Positions 1 through 13,510 of a stretch of 64,000 nt of DNA are shown here, piece by piece. A program made the translations under genes and the position numbers. Under the pieces are notes generated by a model. It saw nothing but the letters and a program-made list of their open reading frames with translations, ran no database searches and was not told where the DNA came from. Every line of letters begins with the position of its first letter. The stretch's first letter is position 1. This DNA is from Laetmonice hystrix (taxonomy: Eukaryota), in the NCBI GenBank assembly GCA_965235115.1, contig OZ249436.1, positions 25,980,001-26,044,000 of the forward strand. Reading direction: 5' to 3'.

Positions 1-1339
1 TCCCTTCAACACAGAACGAACAGGTGCAAAGCATTCCGGCTATTTTCAACTAGTTGAGTGATGAATCCACAAAATATAATGCCCTAAAATGGCCCTAAAA
101 GGCGGAAAATCGTTTTATAAGAGCTTTTAATTTTTTAAGATTTCCCGAGACCCCTCTGCTGAAAATCCTGGACCCGTGGCTAGCCTAACAATAATTTTTT
201 GTCAATTCTTCAAAAAGAAAGAGTGGGGGTATAGAGGGATGTGCCCACGCCGGGCGGCGCCACCCGGCACCGATTTTAGCCGCCTGGCACAAAACTAAAA
301 TGGTTTAAGTGCTGCCCGGCAGGAATTTTTATCAGGCCTATCATCTGAAAAAATATCTTCCCATCTGCACCCCTTGCCAACTGAAAACCTTGCGCCTTCG
401 CTGCTAGCGCAAAACTACCGCCCGGCATTCATTTTTTTCTGGGCGCATCTGCCCATGGCAAGTTGACATGTGCACTGACAAGTGCTTTCCTATATATTTT
501 AGTATTATACAAAAATGATAGCCTCATAACATAACAGTTCAATGTGTCTAATTACAGTGCTAATTTTCTCTTCACACTTGTTAACATTTCTTTTTGGTAG
601 TAGAGTCGTCGCTTGAGTTTTGAAGTTTTTATTCCTGAGGCACACGGTTGTCCCGCTTCGACCAATATGTCACTAGGCAGTCAGTGTCTATATGTTCCTC
701 ATAGTCAAATCTATATCTCTGTCCTTTCTCTGCTCCTTCTCCCCTAGTCTCTCTCTCTCTCTTGGTGCTCTCATATATCCCCTCGTTCACGTTTTTGCCC
801 CAGTCCCAGTTTAAAGGATGGTCACTGGTCATTGGCCGGTAGCCCACGTCCAATTAACTGACCGCCCCCTGACCGGCTCCTTTGATTGAGAGCTGCCGCC
901 CGATGGCTGGCATGTTATATGACTGAGAAGGTACCTCTTCTATAAACAGTCCTTAAGTATTTTTCACAGAGCGTTCCCCTTCTCCCTTCCGCAGACCCGC
1001 TCAAGTGATTGCTGCATCTATTGTGTGTGCTGCTCGCCAGGACGACTGCATACCTGTCTACTGTGCACACCGTTCGTTCACTTCTATCTCTCGCCATTTA
1101 GCCAACACGTAGTCATACATCATGAAACTTTACCAATAGGTGCGAATGTCATCCATACCAGACTGTTGGCTCAGGCTAAACCAAGTGCAGCTGACCAAAA
1201 GCTTGTCGTGTCACTTGAACTCCACAACCAACAATCAGTAGTATTGTTTTATTCAGCTCTGCTACATAAGATTCAAAAACAAATGCATTAGGCAGTTACA
1301 CCTACAGTTCAAAGGCACAGCTAAGTCAGTTCTGAATAC

Positions 1340-1544
1340 AGGTATATCGCCCATGATAACTTAAACTCCACGAAATTTGGTGGAAAGGAAAGATCCATGG
1401 CCCTGACCTTATCCCTAACCCCTAACCCCTAACCCCAGTTCCTACACCTCCCCAAAACATATCCCTACCCTACCCCTATCCCTGATATTAACCCTAACCC
1501 CTGCCCAAACATTTCGTGGAAAGTTATCATGGGGGATAGAACCT
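1340..1544. mobile_element. MITE with ~23-bp TIRs and internal telomere-like (TAACCC)n repeats
   Basis: TIRs AGGTATATCGCCCATGATAACTT / AAGTTATCATGGGGGATAGAACCT. Absent from the other two array units, whose empty site is TTCTGAATACACAATC. TSD is GAATAC, or AATA if the TIR is read as CAGGT..ACCTG. Confidence 0.85.
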
Positions 1545-4500
1545 GAATACACAATCATATTCCTCCCTCACTGGGAGAGAGGGGGGAGTAGGCCGGCCGG
1601 CCAGCACTTATCACCAGCACTTACGTAACTCTCTCCCGGCCTGGCCAGGGACCGGCGGCCGCATCACAGTGGGAGATCTGTGTATTCAGAGATGCCAACT
1701 GTCAGACGGCAAAAATATTATTGTGAAGACTATACCCATTAAAACTTACAATTCTGGCCATGTTACCTTTCCAAAACAAGAACTAAACAGCCAGTGGTAT
1801 ACCTGAATCTATACACTTTGTAATTGTTGTATTTGTATATGGCTATCTTAAACAGGTTTAAGGTAGAGCCTGTCAACGTCAGATTACATTATTTCATCAT
1901 AAATAAAAAATATATTGGTAAATTTATGAAAAGAAATATGCAAAGTGATCAATCGTCAATAGCAGCACATATCTATTGACCAAATACACGATTCCTATAT
2001 GACTAAAGCAGTTTTAGAAAAAAATGTCAAAAGTGACAAACTTCAAAGTCACGTGGTTCGGTAAAAATAGGTCAAATCGCTAATCCTTGGAATCGTATTG
2101 TGAACCTTTCGTTAGAGAGTGTTTCTGCCGAATATTGTCGAATTTTACCAAAAAATAGAAAAGGAGAAGCAATTTAACCGATTTGTGACCAATGACCCAG
2201 TTCACCCTAAGGTCAAAGGTCAAAGGTCAAATCAAGACTCAAATTGAGGTAGCACCTATGGCCGATTATGAGGCCATGACAGGTTTTAAAAAAAATTCCC
2301 AGTATGAGCTTAAAAATGGCTTCAATTTTCAAAAACGTTTGACGTCATCACGTTATGACGTGACGTCACATGACGTCAGGATTCGATGCCTGACCATACT
2401 TCGTCATTGTCAAGATGTGTGCCAAATTTCATTTCGATATTTTGAAAATTGACTGAGATAGACGTACAAGTTTACTACTACTACTACTACTACTACAACT
2501 ACGACGCCAAAAATAATACAGAAGACGAAACCACACAATTTCTAAATCCCATCCCCTCCGTAGGGGATGGGATAACTAGACACGTTGTGGCGATACCACA
2601 ATTGATCCCATCCCCGGGGAGTCACGTGATATATGACATGTTCTGAGTAGGATAAACTATGGCTCAAACTTGCACAGTTAATGACTTATAAGCTTTAGAA
2701 GATGCCAATGACGTAATTATGAGGTGACACGTCATACTACGTAATAAATCTTGGTCTCAAATGAAAGAGCATGTATATGACTTCCTATTACTGTTTAATA
2801 GTAACTATGTCTAACTTGTACCATTTACAAGTTATAGCCCTGAAAAAAATACCTATGACACCTTATGATGTCAGTCAAATCACGTAAAAAATGTCAAGTG
2901 AAAGATCATATATGACTGTCTATGAGTTTTTAATAGTAACTATGTCTCTAACGCCAACCATTTACAAGTTTTAGCCAAACTAAAATATCGACTTCCTTCT
3001 GACGTCATAGGTCACGTCGTCACCTAAAAATAATGGTGTCGAAGGAAAGAGAATATGTCACTTCCTAGTAGGGTTAAATGGTAACCATTGCTCTATCTTG
3101 AATGGTTTAGGATTTAGAAACCTTCGAAGATGTCAATGGCATCATTATGACATCATATGATACATTACATCATAAATCTTGGTGTCAATTGAAAGAGCAT
3201 ACAATGTATATGACTTCCTATTCCTGTTCAATAGTAACCATGGCTCCATCTTGCACCGTTTACAAGTTATAGGCTGAAGAAATAATGATAACATCATAAC
3301 GTCATGCTCCTCCTGCAGGCATGCACAGATCCAGCACTGCACGAAAGGAGGGGCACCAAAGGTGCGAGGTGAACATGTGTGCGGGGACTTGAATCAAAGA
3401 ACCTCGATATGGTATCGAGGTTCTTTGCTGGAATTTAGAAGGTAAAAAAACGCTATTTCTGGAGATAGATGTGACGTTTCTCAAAGTATTTAAGGCGCGT
3501 GTCGGCAGACCCCATTCTCCGCCAGAACATAGATTCTTTTTCCCTTCAACACCGAACTAACAGTTGCAAAGCATTCCGGCTATTTTGAACTGGTTGAGTG
3601 ATGAATCCACAAAATATAATGCCCTAAAATGTCCCTAAAAGGCCGGAAATCGCTTCTAAGAGCTTTTAATTTTTAAAGATTTCCCGAGACCCCTCTGCTG
3701 AAAATGCTGGACCCGTGGCTAGCCTAACAATATTGTTTTGTCAATTCTTCAAAAGGAAAGAGTGGGGATATAGAGGGATGTGCCCACGCCGGGCGGCGCC
3801 GGGCGGGGCCACCCGGCACCGATTTTAGCCGCCTGGCACAAAACTAAAATGGTTCAAGTGCTGCCCGGCAGGAATTTTTATCAGGCCTATCATCTGAAAA
3901 AATATCCCCCCATCTGCACCCCTTGCCAACTGAAAACCCTGTGCCTAAATAGCCCCCCCCCCCTTGCCAACTGAAAACCTTGCGCCTTCGCTGCTAGCGC
4001 AAAACTACCGCCCGACATTCATTTTTTTCTAGGCACATCTGCCCATGGTAAGTTGACACTGACAAGTGCTTTCCTATATAATTTAGTATTACAGGTCGTA
4101 TACAAAAATGATAGCATCATAACATAACAGTTCAATGTGTCTAATTACAGTGCTAATTTGTCTTCTTCATCCCGGGGAAATGTTTTATAACAAATTAATG
4201 TATTCACCCTTCTTAACATTTCTTTTTGGTAGTAGAGTCGTCGCTTGAGTTTTGAAGTTTTAATTCCTGAGGCACACGGTTGTCCCGCTTCGACCAATAT
4301 GTCACTATATATAGGCAGTCAGTGTCTATATGTTCCTCATAATCAAATCTATATATCTCTGTCCTTTCTCTGCTCCTTCTCCCCTAGTCTCTCTCTCTCT
4401 CTTGGTGCTCTTATATATCCCCTCGTTCACGTTTTTGCCCCAGTCCCAGTTTAAAGGATGGTCACTGGTCATTGGCCGGTGGCCCACGTCCAATTAACTG

Positions 4501-6062
4501 ACCGCCCCCTGACCGGCTCCTTTGATTGAGAGCTGCCGCCCGATGGCTGGCATGTTATATGACTGAGAAGGTGCCTCTTCTATAAACAGTCCTTATAAGT
4601 ATTTCTCACAGAGCGTTCCCCATCTCCCTTCCGCAGACCCGCTCAAGTGATGGCTGCATATATTGTGTGTGCTGCTCGCCAGGACGAATGCATACCTGTC
4701 TACTGTGCATACCGTTCGTTCACTTCGCTATTTAGCCAACACGTAGTCATACATCACGAAACTTTACCAAGCTGAAACCAAGTGCAGCTGACCAAAAGTT
4801 TGTCGTGTCACTTGAACTCCACAACCAACAATCAATAGTATTGTTTTATTCAGCTCTCCTATATAAGATTCAAAAACAAATGCATTAGGCAGTTACACCT
4901 ACAGTTCAAAGGCACAGCTAAGTCAGTTATGTCAGTTCTGAATACACAATCACATTCCTCCAACCCCAGCCTGACTGCGAGGGAGGGGGGAGTAGTCACA
5001 ACACACCACCGCCGGCCGGCCGACCCTTATCACCAGCACTTACGTAACCCTCTGCCGACGCTGGCCCTGTCCTAACAGCGGGTGATTAGTGTATTCAGAG
5101 ATGCCACCTCTCAGAGTGTAAAAATATTATAGTGAAGACTATACCCATTAAAACTTACAATTCTGACCATATTACCTTTCCAAAACCAGAAGTAAACAGT
5201 CAGTGGTATACCTGAATCTATACACTTTGTAATTGTTGTATTTGTATATGGCTATCTTAAACAGGTTTAAGGTAGAGCCTGTCAACGTTAGATTACATTA
5301 TTTCATCATAAATAAAAAAAATATTGGTAAATTTATTAAAAGAAATATGCAAAGTGATCAATCGTCAATAGCAGCACATATCTAGTGACCAAATACACAA
5401 GTCTTATATGACTGAAGCAGTTTTAGAAAAAAAAGTCAAAATTGACAAACTTCAAAGTCACGTGGTTCCGCGAAAATAGGTCAAATCGCTTATCCCAGGA
5501 TGTTTCTTGTGGAACTTTCTTTTGAGAGTGTTTCTGCCCAATATTGACATATTTGACCAAAGAATGAGGAAAGAGAAGGGATTTTACTGATTTGTGACTT
5601 TGGACCCAATTCTCCCTTAGGTCAAAGGTCAAAGGTCAAATCAAGGCTCAGAGGTAGGCAGCACCCTTGGCCAATTACGAAGCCATAATGTGTTTTGTTT
5701 TTAAATGTCAACATAAGCTTTAAAAATGACCTCAAAGTTCAAAATACGTTTGATGTCATGACGTCATGACGTGACGTCACATGACTCACTGCCTGATTAT
5801 ACTTTGTCATTATGAAGATGTGTGCCAAATTTCATTGAGATATCTTGAAAAATGACTGAGATAGACATACATGTTAACTACAACTACAACTACACCCGCC
5901 AAAAATAATAATACAGAAGACGAAACCACACAATTTCTAAATCCCACCCCCTCCGTAGGGGATGGGATAATAATAATAGGGAAGACGAAACCAGACAATT
6001 TCTAAATCCCATCCCCTGGATAGGGGATGGGATAACTAGACACGTTGTGGCGATACCACAAT

Positions 6063-6425
6063 GAGGGACTTCACACTCCTTGAGACGCATGCGCAACGGC
6101 GCATTTCCAGTCATATCCGCGTGGCGGCAGCACTGTCGCCCGGTCCTCTTGGCTACACATTAGTATGACGTTAGATAGGACGACGAAATGCTAATCTGTG
6201 ACAGGATGTGTTTAGACTATTTGTTATGAAAAATAATAACTTGATAGGCTTCACCATGTTGTAGAACTCCTAGACGTACCATAATATTTCATAGCAAATA
6301 GCACTACGGCACCCAGCGATAGATTAGCATTTCGTCGACCTATCTAACGTCATAATAATGTGGCCCAAGGGGACCGGGTTGATCGTGCTGCCGCCACGCG
6401 GAAAAGACGGTAACAAAGTCCCTCA
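6063..6425. mobile_element. MITE with GAGGGACTT..AAGTCCCTC ends and 2-bp AT TSD (ISL2EU/PHIS-like signature)
   Basis: The empty site CCACAATTGATCCC at ~2596 shows an AT duplication. Long internal inverted arms (~6118-6200 vs ~6320-6400). Confidence 0.85.
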
Positions 6426-7502
6426 TTGATCCCATCCCCGGGGAGTCACGTGATATATGACATGTTCTGAGTAGGATAAACTATGGCTCGATCTTGCACA
6501 GTTAATGACTTATAAGCTTTAGAAGATGCTAATGACGTAATTATGAGGTGACACGTCATGCTACGTAATAAATCTTGGTCTCAAATGAAAGAGCATGTAT
6601 ATGACTTCCTATTACTGTTTAATAGTAACTATAGCTCTAACTTGTACCATTTACAAGTTATAGCCCTGAGAAAAATACCTATGACACCTTATGATGTCAG
6701 TCAAATCACGTAAAAAAATGTCAAGTGAAAGATCATATATGACTGTCTATGAGTTTTTAATAGTAACTATGTCTCTAACGCCAACCATTTACAAGTTTTA
6801 GCCAAACTAAAATATCGACTTCCATCTGACGTCATAGGTCACGTCGTCACCTAAAAATAATGGTGTCGAAGGAAAGAGAATATGTGACTTCCTAGTAGGG
6901 TTAAATGGTAACCATTGCTCTATCTTGAATGGTTTAGGATTTAGAAACCTTCGAAGATGTCAATGGCATCATTATGACATCATATGATACATTACATCAT
7001 AAATCTTGGTGTCAATTGAAAGAGCATACAATGTATATGACTTCCTATTCCTGTTCAATAGTAACCATGGCTCCATCTTGCACCGTTTACAAGTTATAGG
7101 CTGAAGAAATAATGATAACATCATAACGTCATGCTCCTCCTGCAGGCATGCACAGATCCAGCACTGCACGAAAGGAGGGGCACCAAAGGTGCGAGGTGAA
7201 CATGTGTCCGGGGACTTGAATCAAAGAACCTCGATATGGTATCGAGGTTCTTTGCTGGAATTTAGAAGGTAAAAAACGCTATTTCTGGAGATAGATGTGA
7301 CGTTTCTCAAAGTATTTAAGGCGCGTGTCGCCAGACCCCATTCTCCGCCAGAACATAGATTCTTTTTCCCTTCAACACCGAACTAACAGTTGCAAAGTAT
7401 TCCGGCTATTTTGAACTGGTTGAGTGATGAATCCACAAAATATAATGCCCTAAAATGTCCCTAAAAGGCCGGAAATCGCTTCTAAGAGCTTTTAATTTTT
7501 AA

Positions 7503-8558
7503 AGCGATCCGAAACCGCCACTAGCAATAGGGCCCATGGATAACCATGGTATAGTGCCTTTTACCTTTTGCTCACGGCGTCCATCTTGCCGAAATTCACT
7601 GCCGTGAGACCTTAAAAAATGGCGTCCCTAGAGCCTACCCCATTCCCCCATCACTGTGTTGGTCAACCATCTTCACGGACACTATGTACAATAATGGTTA
7701 CTGGTGAACTCGGACCATGGTTATCTCGGCCCATGTCGATTACATGACTTCATGTCCCCTTCATGCGTGCCCTGTCCCAGGCTCCATGCCTCACCCGACA
7801 CCTGAGTCAGGTGGTCAAGTCAACAACGGGGCAGCACGGTGCTCCCGACGGGCGTGCACTGGTGGTTGGACGGGGCCAGACATGCCAATTTGGTCGATCG
7901 ACAACGTAGTGAAAAATCTCTTACCGGGCGCTTAAACGAACAGAAATTCGTCACAATACCCTCCAACGCATGAAATGGTGGCTGAAAGCTATTATTTATA
8001 CGGAGAATTGTCAACTAGAGAATGAAATGTACACTGGTTGGGTCATGGATCGAGTCTGACAGTAGTGACAGACTACGGCAGTCTACGGCCGGGGACATGG
8101 CGTGCACTGCCACTGTCAAAGCGTCGGGCTACCGTTCAGCTAGCACACCCAGGCATATCTTCACGAAGGATCAGCACCAAGTCAGTGGTGTGGTTAGACC
8201 TGCTGATCGGTCTCCTAGTACTATGACACGGATAATCTTACTCGCAGCTCCCAGTCTAGACTCTCTGACTACCTTGTATCCTCACCCGATCTGACAGCTG
8301 GTCGAAACTCGCGGCTCTGGCGACGTCACACTTCCGGGTGACCTGACTGTTTTTGATTGGCTGAATCAATCTCCCATGTGATAATGTGATGTAAAATGGC
8401 GCCGAGTTCATTTCTCGGCTAGAGGTACGGTACTCGTAGTTTAAGGTTGGCATTCTCGTTTATGTAAAACCTATTGACCTGCATTTATTGCTGATGTTAT
8501 TCTTTATTGTATAAGGCATATGGGAAGGTATAAGGTAGCTGGATTGTTGCATTTGGCT
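7503..8558. mobile_element. Non-autonomous TTAA-targeting element with AG..CT termini (Kolobok-like)
   Basis: Compared with the empty site TTTTTAAAGATTTCCC at ~3670, TTAA is duplicated at 7499-7502 and 8559-8562. Termini are AGC..GCT with only weak further inverted similarity. No recognisable coding sequence. Confidence 0.7.
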
Positions 8559-11058
8559 TTAAAGATTTCCCGAGACCCCTCTGCTGAAAATGCTGGACCC
8601 GTGGCTAGCCTAACAATATTGTTTTGTCAATTCTTCAAAAGGAAAGAGTGGGGATATAGAGGGATGTGCCCACGCCGGGCGGCGCCGGGCGGCGCCGGGC
8701 GGCGCCGGGCGGGGCCACCCGGCACCGATTTTAGCCGCCTGGCACAAAACTAAAATGGTTCAAGTGCTGCCCGGCAGGAATTTTTATCAGGCCTATCATC
8801 TGAAAAAATATCCCCCCATCTGCACCCCTTGCCAACTGAAAACCCTGTGCCTAAAATAGCCCCCCGCCCCTTGCCAACTGAAAACCTTGCGCCTTCGCTG
8901 CTAGCGCAAAACTACCGCCCCGCGGCATTCATTTTTTTCTAGGCACATCTGCCAATGGCAAGTTGACACTGACAAGTGCTTTCCTATATAATTTAGTATT
9001 ACAGGTCGTATACAAAAATGATAGCATCATAACATAACAGTTCAATGTGTCTAATTACAGTGTTAATTTTGTCTTCTTCATCCCGGGGAAATGTTTTATA
9101 ACAAATGTATTCACCCTTGTTAACATTTCTTTTTGGTAGTAGAGTCGTCGCTTGATGTTTGAAGTTTTAATTCCTGAGGCACACGGTTGTCCCGCTTCGA
9201 CCAATATGTCACTATATATAGGCAGTCAGTGTCTATATGTTCCTCATAATCAAATCTATATATCTCTGTCCTTTCTCTGCTCCTTCTCCCCTAGTCTCTC
9301 TCTCTCTCTCTTGGTGCTCTTATATATCCCCTCGTTCACGTTTTTGCCCCAGTCCCAGTTTAAAGGATGGTCATTGGCCGTTGGCCCACGTCCAATTAAC
9401 TGACCGCCCCCTGACCGGCTCCTTTAAATGAGAGCTGCCGCCCGATGGCTGGCATGTTATATGACTGAGAAGGTGCCTCTTCTATAAACAGTCCTTAAGT
9501 ATTTCTCACAGAGCGTTCCCCATCTCCCTTCCGCAGACCCGCTCAAGTGATGGCTGCATATATTGTGTGTGCTGCTCGCCAGGACGAATGCATACCTGTC
9601 TACTGTGCATACCGTTAATCGTTCACTTCGCTATTTAGCCAACACGTAGTCATACATCACGAAACTTTACCAATAGGTGCGAATGTCATCCACACCAGAC
9701 TATTGGCTCAGGCTGAAACCAAGTGCAGCTGACCAAAAGTTTGTCGTGTCACTTGAACTCCACAACCAACAATCAATAGTATTGTTTTATTCAGCTCTCC
9801 TATATAAGATTCAAAAACAAATGCATTAGGCAGTTACACCTACAGTTCAAAGGCACAGCTAATTCAGTTATGTCAGTTCTGAATACACAATCACATTCCT
9901 CCAACCCCAGCCTGACTGCGAGGGAGGGGGGAGTAGTCACAACAGACCACCGCCGGCCGGCCGACCCTTATCACCAGCACAAGTTTACGTAACCCTCTGC
10001 CGACGCTGGCCCTGTCCTAACAGCGGGTGATTAGTGTATTCAGAGATGCCACCTCTCAGAGTGTAAAAATATTATAGTAAAGACTATACCCATTAAAACT
10101 TACAATTCTGGCCATATTACCTTTCCAAAACAAGAAGTAAATGTTCAGTCAGTGGTATACCTGAATCTATACACTTTGTAATTGTTGTATTTGTATATGG
10201 CTATCTTAAACAGGTTTAAGGTAGAGCCTGTCAACGTTAGATTACATTATTTCATCATAAATAAAAAAAATATTGGTAAATTTATTAAAAGAAATATGCA
10301 AAGTGATCAATCGTCAATAGCAGCACATATCTAGTGACCAAATACACAAGTCTTATATGACTGAAGCAGTTTTAGAAAAAAAGTCAAAATTGACAAACTT
10401 CAAAGTCACGTGGTTCAGCGAAAAGAGGTCAAATCGCTTATCCCAGGATGTTTCTTGTGGAACTTTCTTTTGAGAGTGTTTCTGCCCAATATTGACATAT
10501 TTGACCCAAGAATGAGGAAAGAGAAGGGATTTTACTGATTTGTGACCTTGGACCCAATTCTCCCTTAGGTCAAAGGTCAAAGGTCGAATCAAGGCTCAGA
10601 GGTAGGCAGCACCCTTGGCCAATTACGAAGCCATAATGTGTTTTGTTTTTAAATGTCAACATAAGCTTTAAAAATGACCTCAAAGTTCAAAATACGTTTG
10701 ATGTCATGACGTCATGACGTGACGTCACATGACGTCATGACTCACTGCCTGATTATACTTTGTCATTATTAAGATGTGTGCCAAATTTCATTGAGATATC
10801 TTGAAAAATGACTGAGATAGACATACATGTTAACTACAACTACAACTACACCCGTCAAAAATAATAATACAGAAGACGAAACCACACAATTTCTAAATCC
10901 CATCCCCTCCATAGGGGATGGGATAATAATAATAGGGAAGACGAAACCAGACAATTTCTAAATCCCATCCCCTGGATAGGGGATGGGATAATAATAATAG
11001 GGAAGACGAAACCACACAATTTCTAGATCCCATCCCCTGGATAGGGGATGGGATAATT

Positions 11059-13063
11059 ATGAAAAAACATATTGAAAGTTATCTTGACAAGGCATGTCCA
11101 CTCCAGTTGCGAAGAGCTAAGAAGCATACTGACGAATGGATAACTAACGATATGCTGGAGCTAATAGCGGATAGGAAGGACCATATTGAACATTATCGAT
11201 TAACCAATAATAGGAATGAATGGAATATAGCTAAAGAATTACGGCGAAAAATCCAACGTATGATGCGCACTGCGAAGTCGGATTGGGTCAAAAACAAGTT
11301 GGACAAGGCACGTTCTGAGCCGAAAAAATTTTGGAGGGAGGCTAATAAGCTACTGAACCCGGGGAAAACTAACATCTCTATTAGCTTAGTTGATGAAACT
11401 ACCGGCGCTGAAATCTCACCGTGTGAAACACCCAACTACCTCAATGACTTCTTCGCATCGATTGGTAAAAATCTGTATCAAAATCTTAGGGAATCCAACC
11501 CGCATGTATCTCCCAATACTTGCAACGTGTCTGATATTAAACCAAAAATCAGTCCCACCAAACTTGTAACCGCTAAAGATGTCGAAAAACTAATTAAAGG
11601 CCGGACCCAAGCAAGTCGTCCGGCATTGAAGGTATAAATACCAAAGTTCTAAAAGACGCTTTCGAATTGCTAACTCATAGGCTTGTGAGTATTTATAAGA
11701 ATTCCCTAGAGCTGGGCATATTTCCAGACACATGGCGCACAGGCACGGTGATACCGATACCGAAACAGGGTGATCTCAGAAAAGTGACGAACTGGCGCCC
11801 AATTACTCTCTTACCACTGCCAGGTAAAATAATGGAGAAAATCGTACATAGTTATTTAACTACATTACTCGAGGAGAAGAACTTCTTTCCAAAACAACAG
11901 TATGGATTTCGCAGAGGGCGTAGTACGAGTGATGCCGTGTTTAAAGTTACCAATGACCTTTACACTGCAAGAGACCAGGGCCTGATAACGGCTGCAGCAT
12001 TTGTGGATTTCCAAAAGGCCTTTGATAGTGTTCTATCACATTACTTTCACGCAAACTGTCACAAATTGGTATTCCCGAAAACGTGTTGGAATGGTTAATT
12101 AGCTATATAAGTGATCGAAAACAGTGTGCACTAGTTAATAATGAGAGATCAGCGGTAAGAGACGTCAAATTCGGTGTACCGCAAGGGTCAACCCTGGGGC
12201 CGCTTCTGTTTATCCTGTTTATAAACGAGATAACGCAGGTACTTATACACTGTCAAGGTCCCATGTTTGCAGACGATTTAATGTTATATGTAAGTGCTGA
12301 CACTCCTGCGATAGCAGAAGCCATGTTACAGGAAGACATTAACCGCCTACACTACTGGACGGTCAAAAATGGCCTCACCGTTAATAAGAAGAAAACCATG
12401 GTCATGTGGTTCGGGTCATTAAATAAGTTCCATAACCCAGATGAACTAGAAATTACTATGGGTAATACGTTATTACCTACCACAACGACATATTGCTATT
12501 TAGGGGTTGAACTTGATTGCGAACTCACGTTCAAGTGCAATATAAACAAAGTTGCTAAACAGGCAAACTGTAGAATCTTTAAATTGAGTAAACTAGGGAA
12601 TTCTTTAACAAAAGGAGCGTGTCAAGCAGTGTACAAGCAAACTATTCTCCCAATCTTTGACTATTGTTCTTTCGTTCATGAAGGTGCCAACCGTGTGGAG
12701 TATGAACGATTACAAAAATTACAAAATCGAGCACTTCGCATTTGCCTGCGAGTGCGAACGTGCGAGCTCTCTGTCTCTGACCTACATACATGTAATAGAG
12801 TTGATTACCTATCAGTCCGAAGAGAACGACAAATGTTAATGATTATGCACAAAAAAGCCATATTGGGGGAGGCAGTTGTTAACCCCAGACTACGAACACG
12901 TGGAGACCGAAAATTACATTTTGTACACCGGCGAGCCACTAATGCCTTCTATAACAGAAGCCCCATGCACCGAGGCCTAAAGCTGTGGGACAGGCTCCAC
13001 ACTGATGTACAGAGTATTCGTTGCTCACAAACGTTTAAAAGAGCAATAGCCCAATTCCTGTAA
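11059..13063 (+). pseudogene. LINE ORF2 remnant (reverse transcriptase), split by two frameshifts, endonuclease domain missing
   Basis: Three consecutive ORFs (11059-11637, 11667-12098, 12083-13063) with motifs WRPITLLP, QYGFRRGRST, FVDFQKAFD, GVPQGSTLGPLLF, MFADD, YLGV and LQNRALR. Confidence 0.9.
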
Positions 13064-13510
13064 TCCCTTGATTAACTATTAATACCTGAGACATTATTTA
13101 AGCGCAACCGCACACCCGAAACCCAACTAATCATCTGTGTTATATCCATTATGTTGATCATTTCGACTTATGTTTGTTTCGTGATTTGTTTGTATTTTGA
13201 TTATATTTTGATTGGACTTGTTTGATTAGATTTGATTTTGATTTGTTTAATGGGAGTTCATTACAATAGTAGCATCTGTATGAATAGTAGTGATCATGTA
13301 TGAGTCCTCTCACATTTTGAGTTCTGCTTTGATTAGATTTGTTTGATTTGATTTGATTTGATTTGTTTATTGGGAGTTGTTTAATGTTTGTCACATGTAT
13401 GAACGGTAATCCTGTAATCATGTATGACTCCTTTGACCACCCGCACACAAGGAAGAACGCCGACTAGGCGATTGTTGTGGAAATAAAAAAAAAAAAAAAA
13501 AAAAAAAAAA
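11059..13510 (+). mobile_element. 5'-truncated non-LTR retrotransposon (CR1/L2 group) with 3' UTR and poly(A) tail
   Basis: RT-containing ORF2 remnant; 3' UTR with (ATTTG)n repeats and a duplicated block; small hairpin, AATAAA and an A-run ending at 13510. Confidence 0.9.

Larger units (their letters stand above)
1..11056 (-). repeat. Head-to-tail tandem array of a non-autonomous Helentron-type (HINE/DINE-1-like) element: partial copy 1-2575, copies 2576-6035 and 6036-11056
   Basis: The same sequence recurs at 1, 3541 and ~7367. On the minus strand each unit starts with a TATCCCATCCCC..GGGGATGGGAT hairpin followed by a (TAG/TTG)n microsatellite. Each ends with subterminal repeat GGGGATGGGAT, a stem-loop (TTGTGGTATCGCCACAA) and CTAGT. 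The 3' end abuts the next 5' end at 2575/2576 and 6035/6036 with no TSD. Confidence 0.8.

Noticed and set aside
1400..1505. (TAACCC)n as a telomere or chromosome fusion site
   Set aside because: Short, degenerate and confined within a MITE with TIRs and a TSD.
629..10954. Many 60-90 aa ORFs repeated across the left array
   Set aside because: They lie in non-coding repeat units, vary by frameshift between copies and show no recognisable domains.
10872..11056. Palindromic repeats at regular spacing resembling a CRISPR array
   Set aside because: The intervening sequences are also repeated (no unique spacers), there are no cas genes, and the context is eukaryotic.
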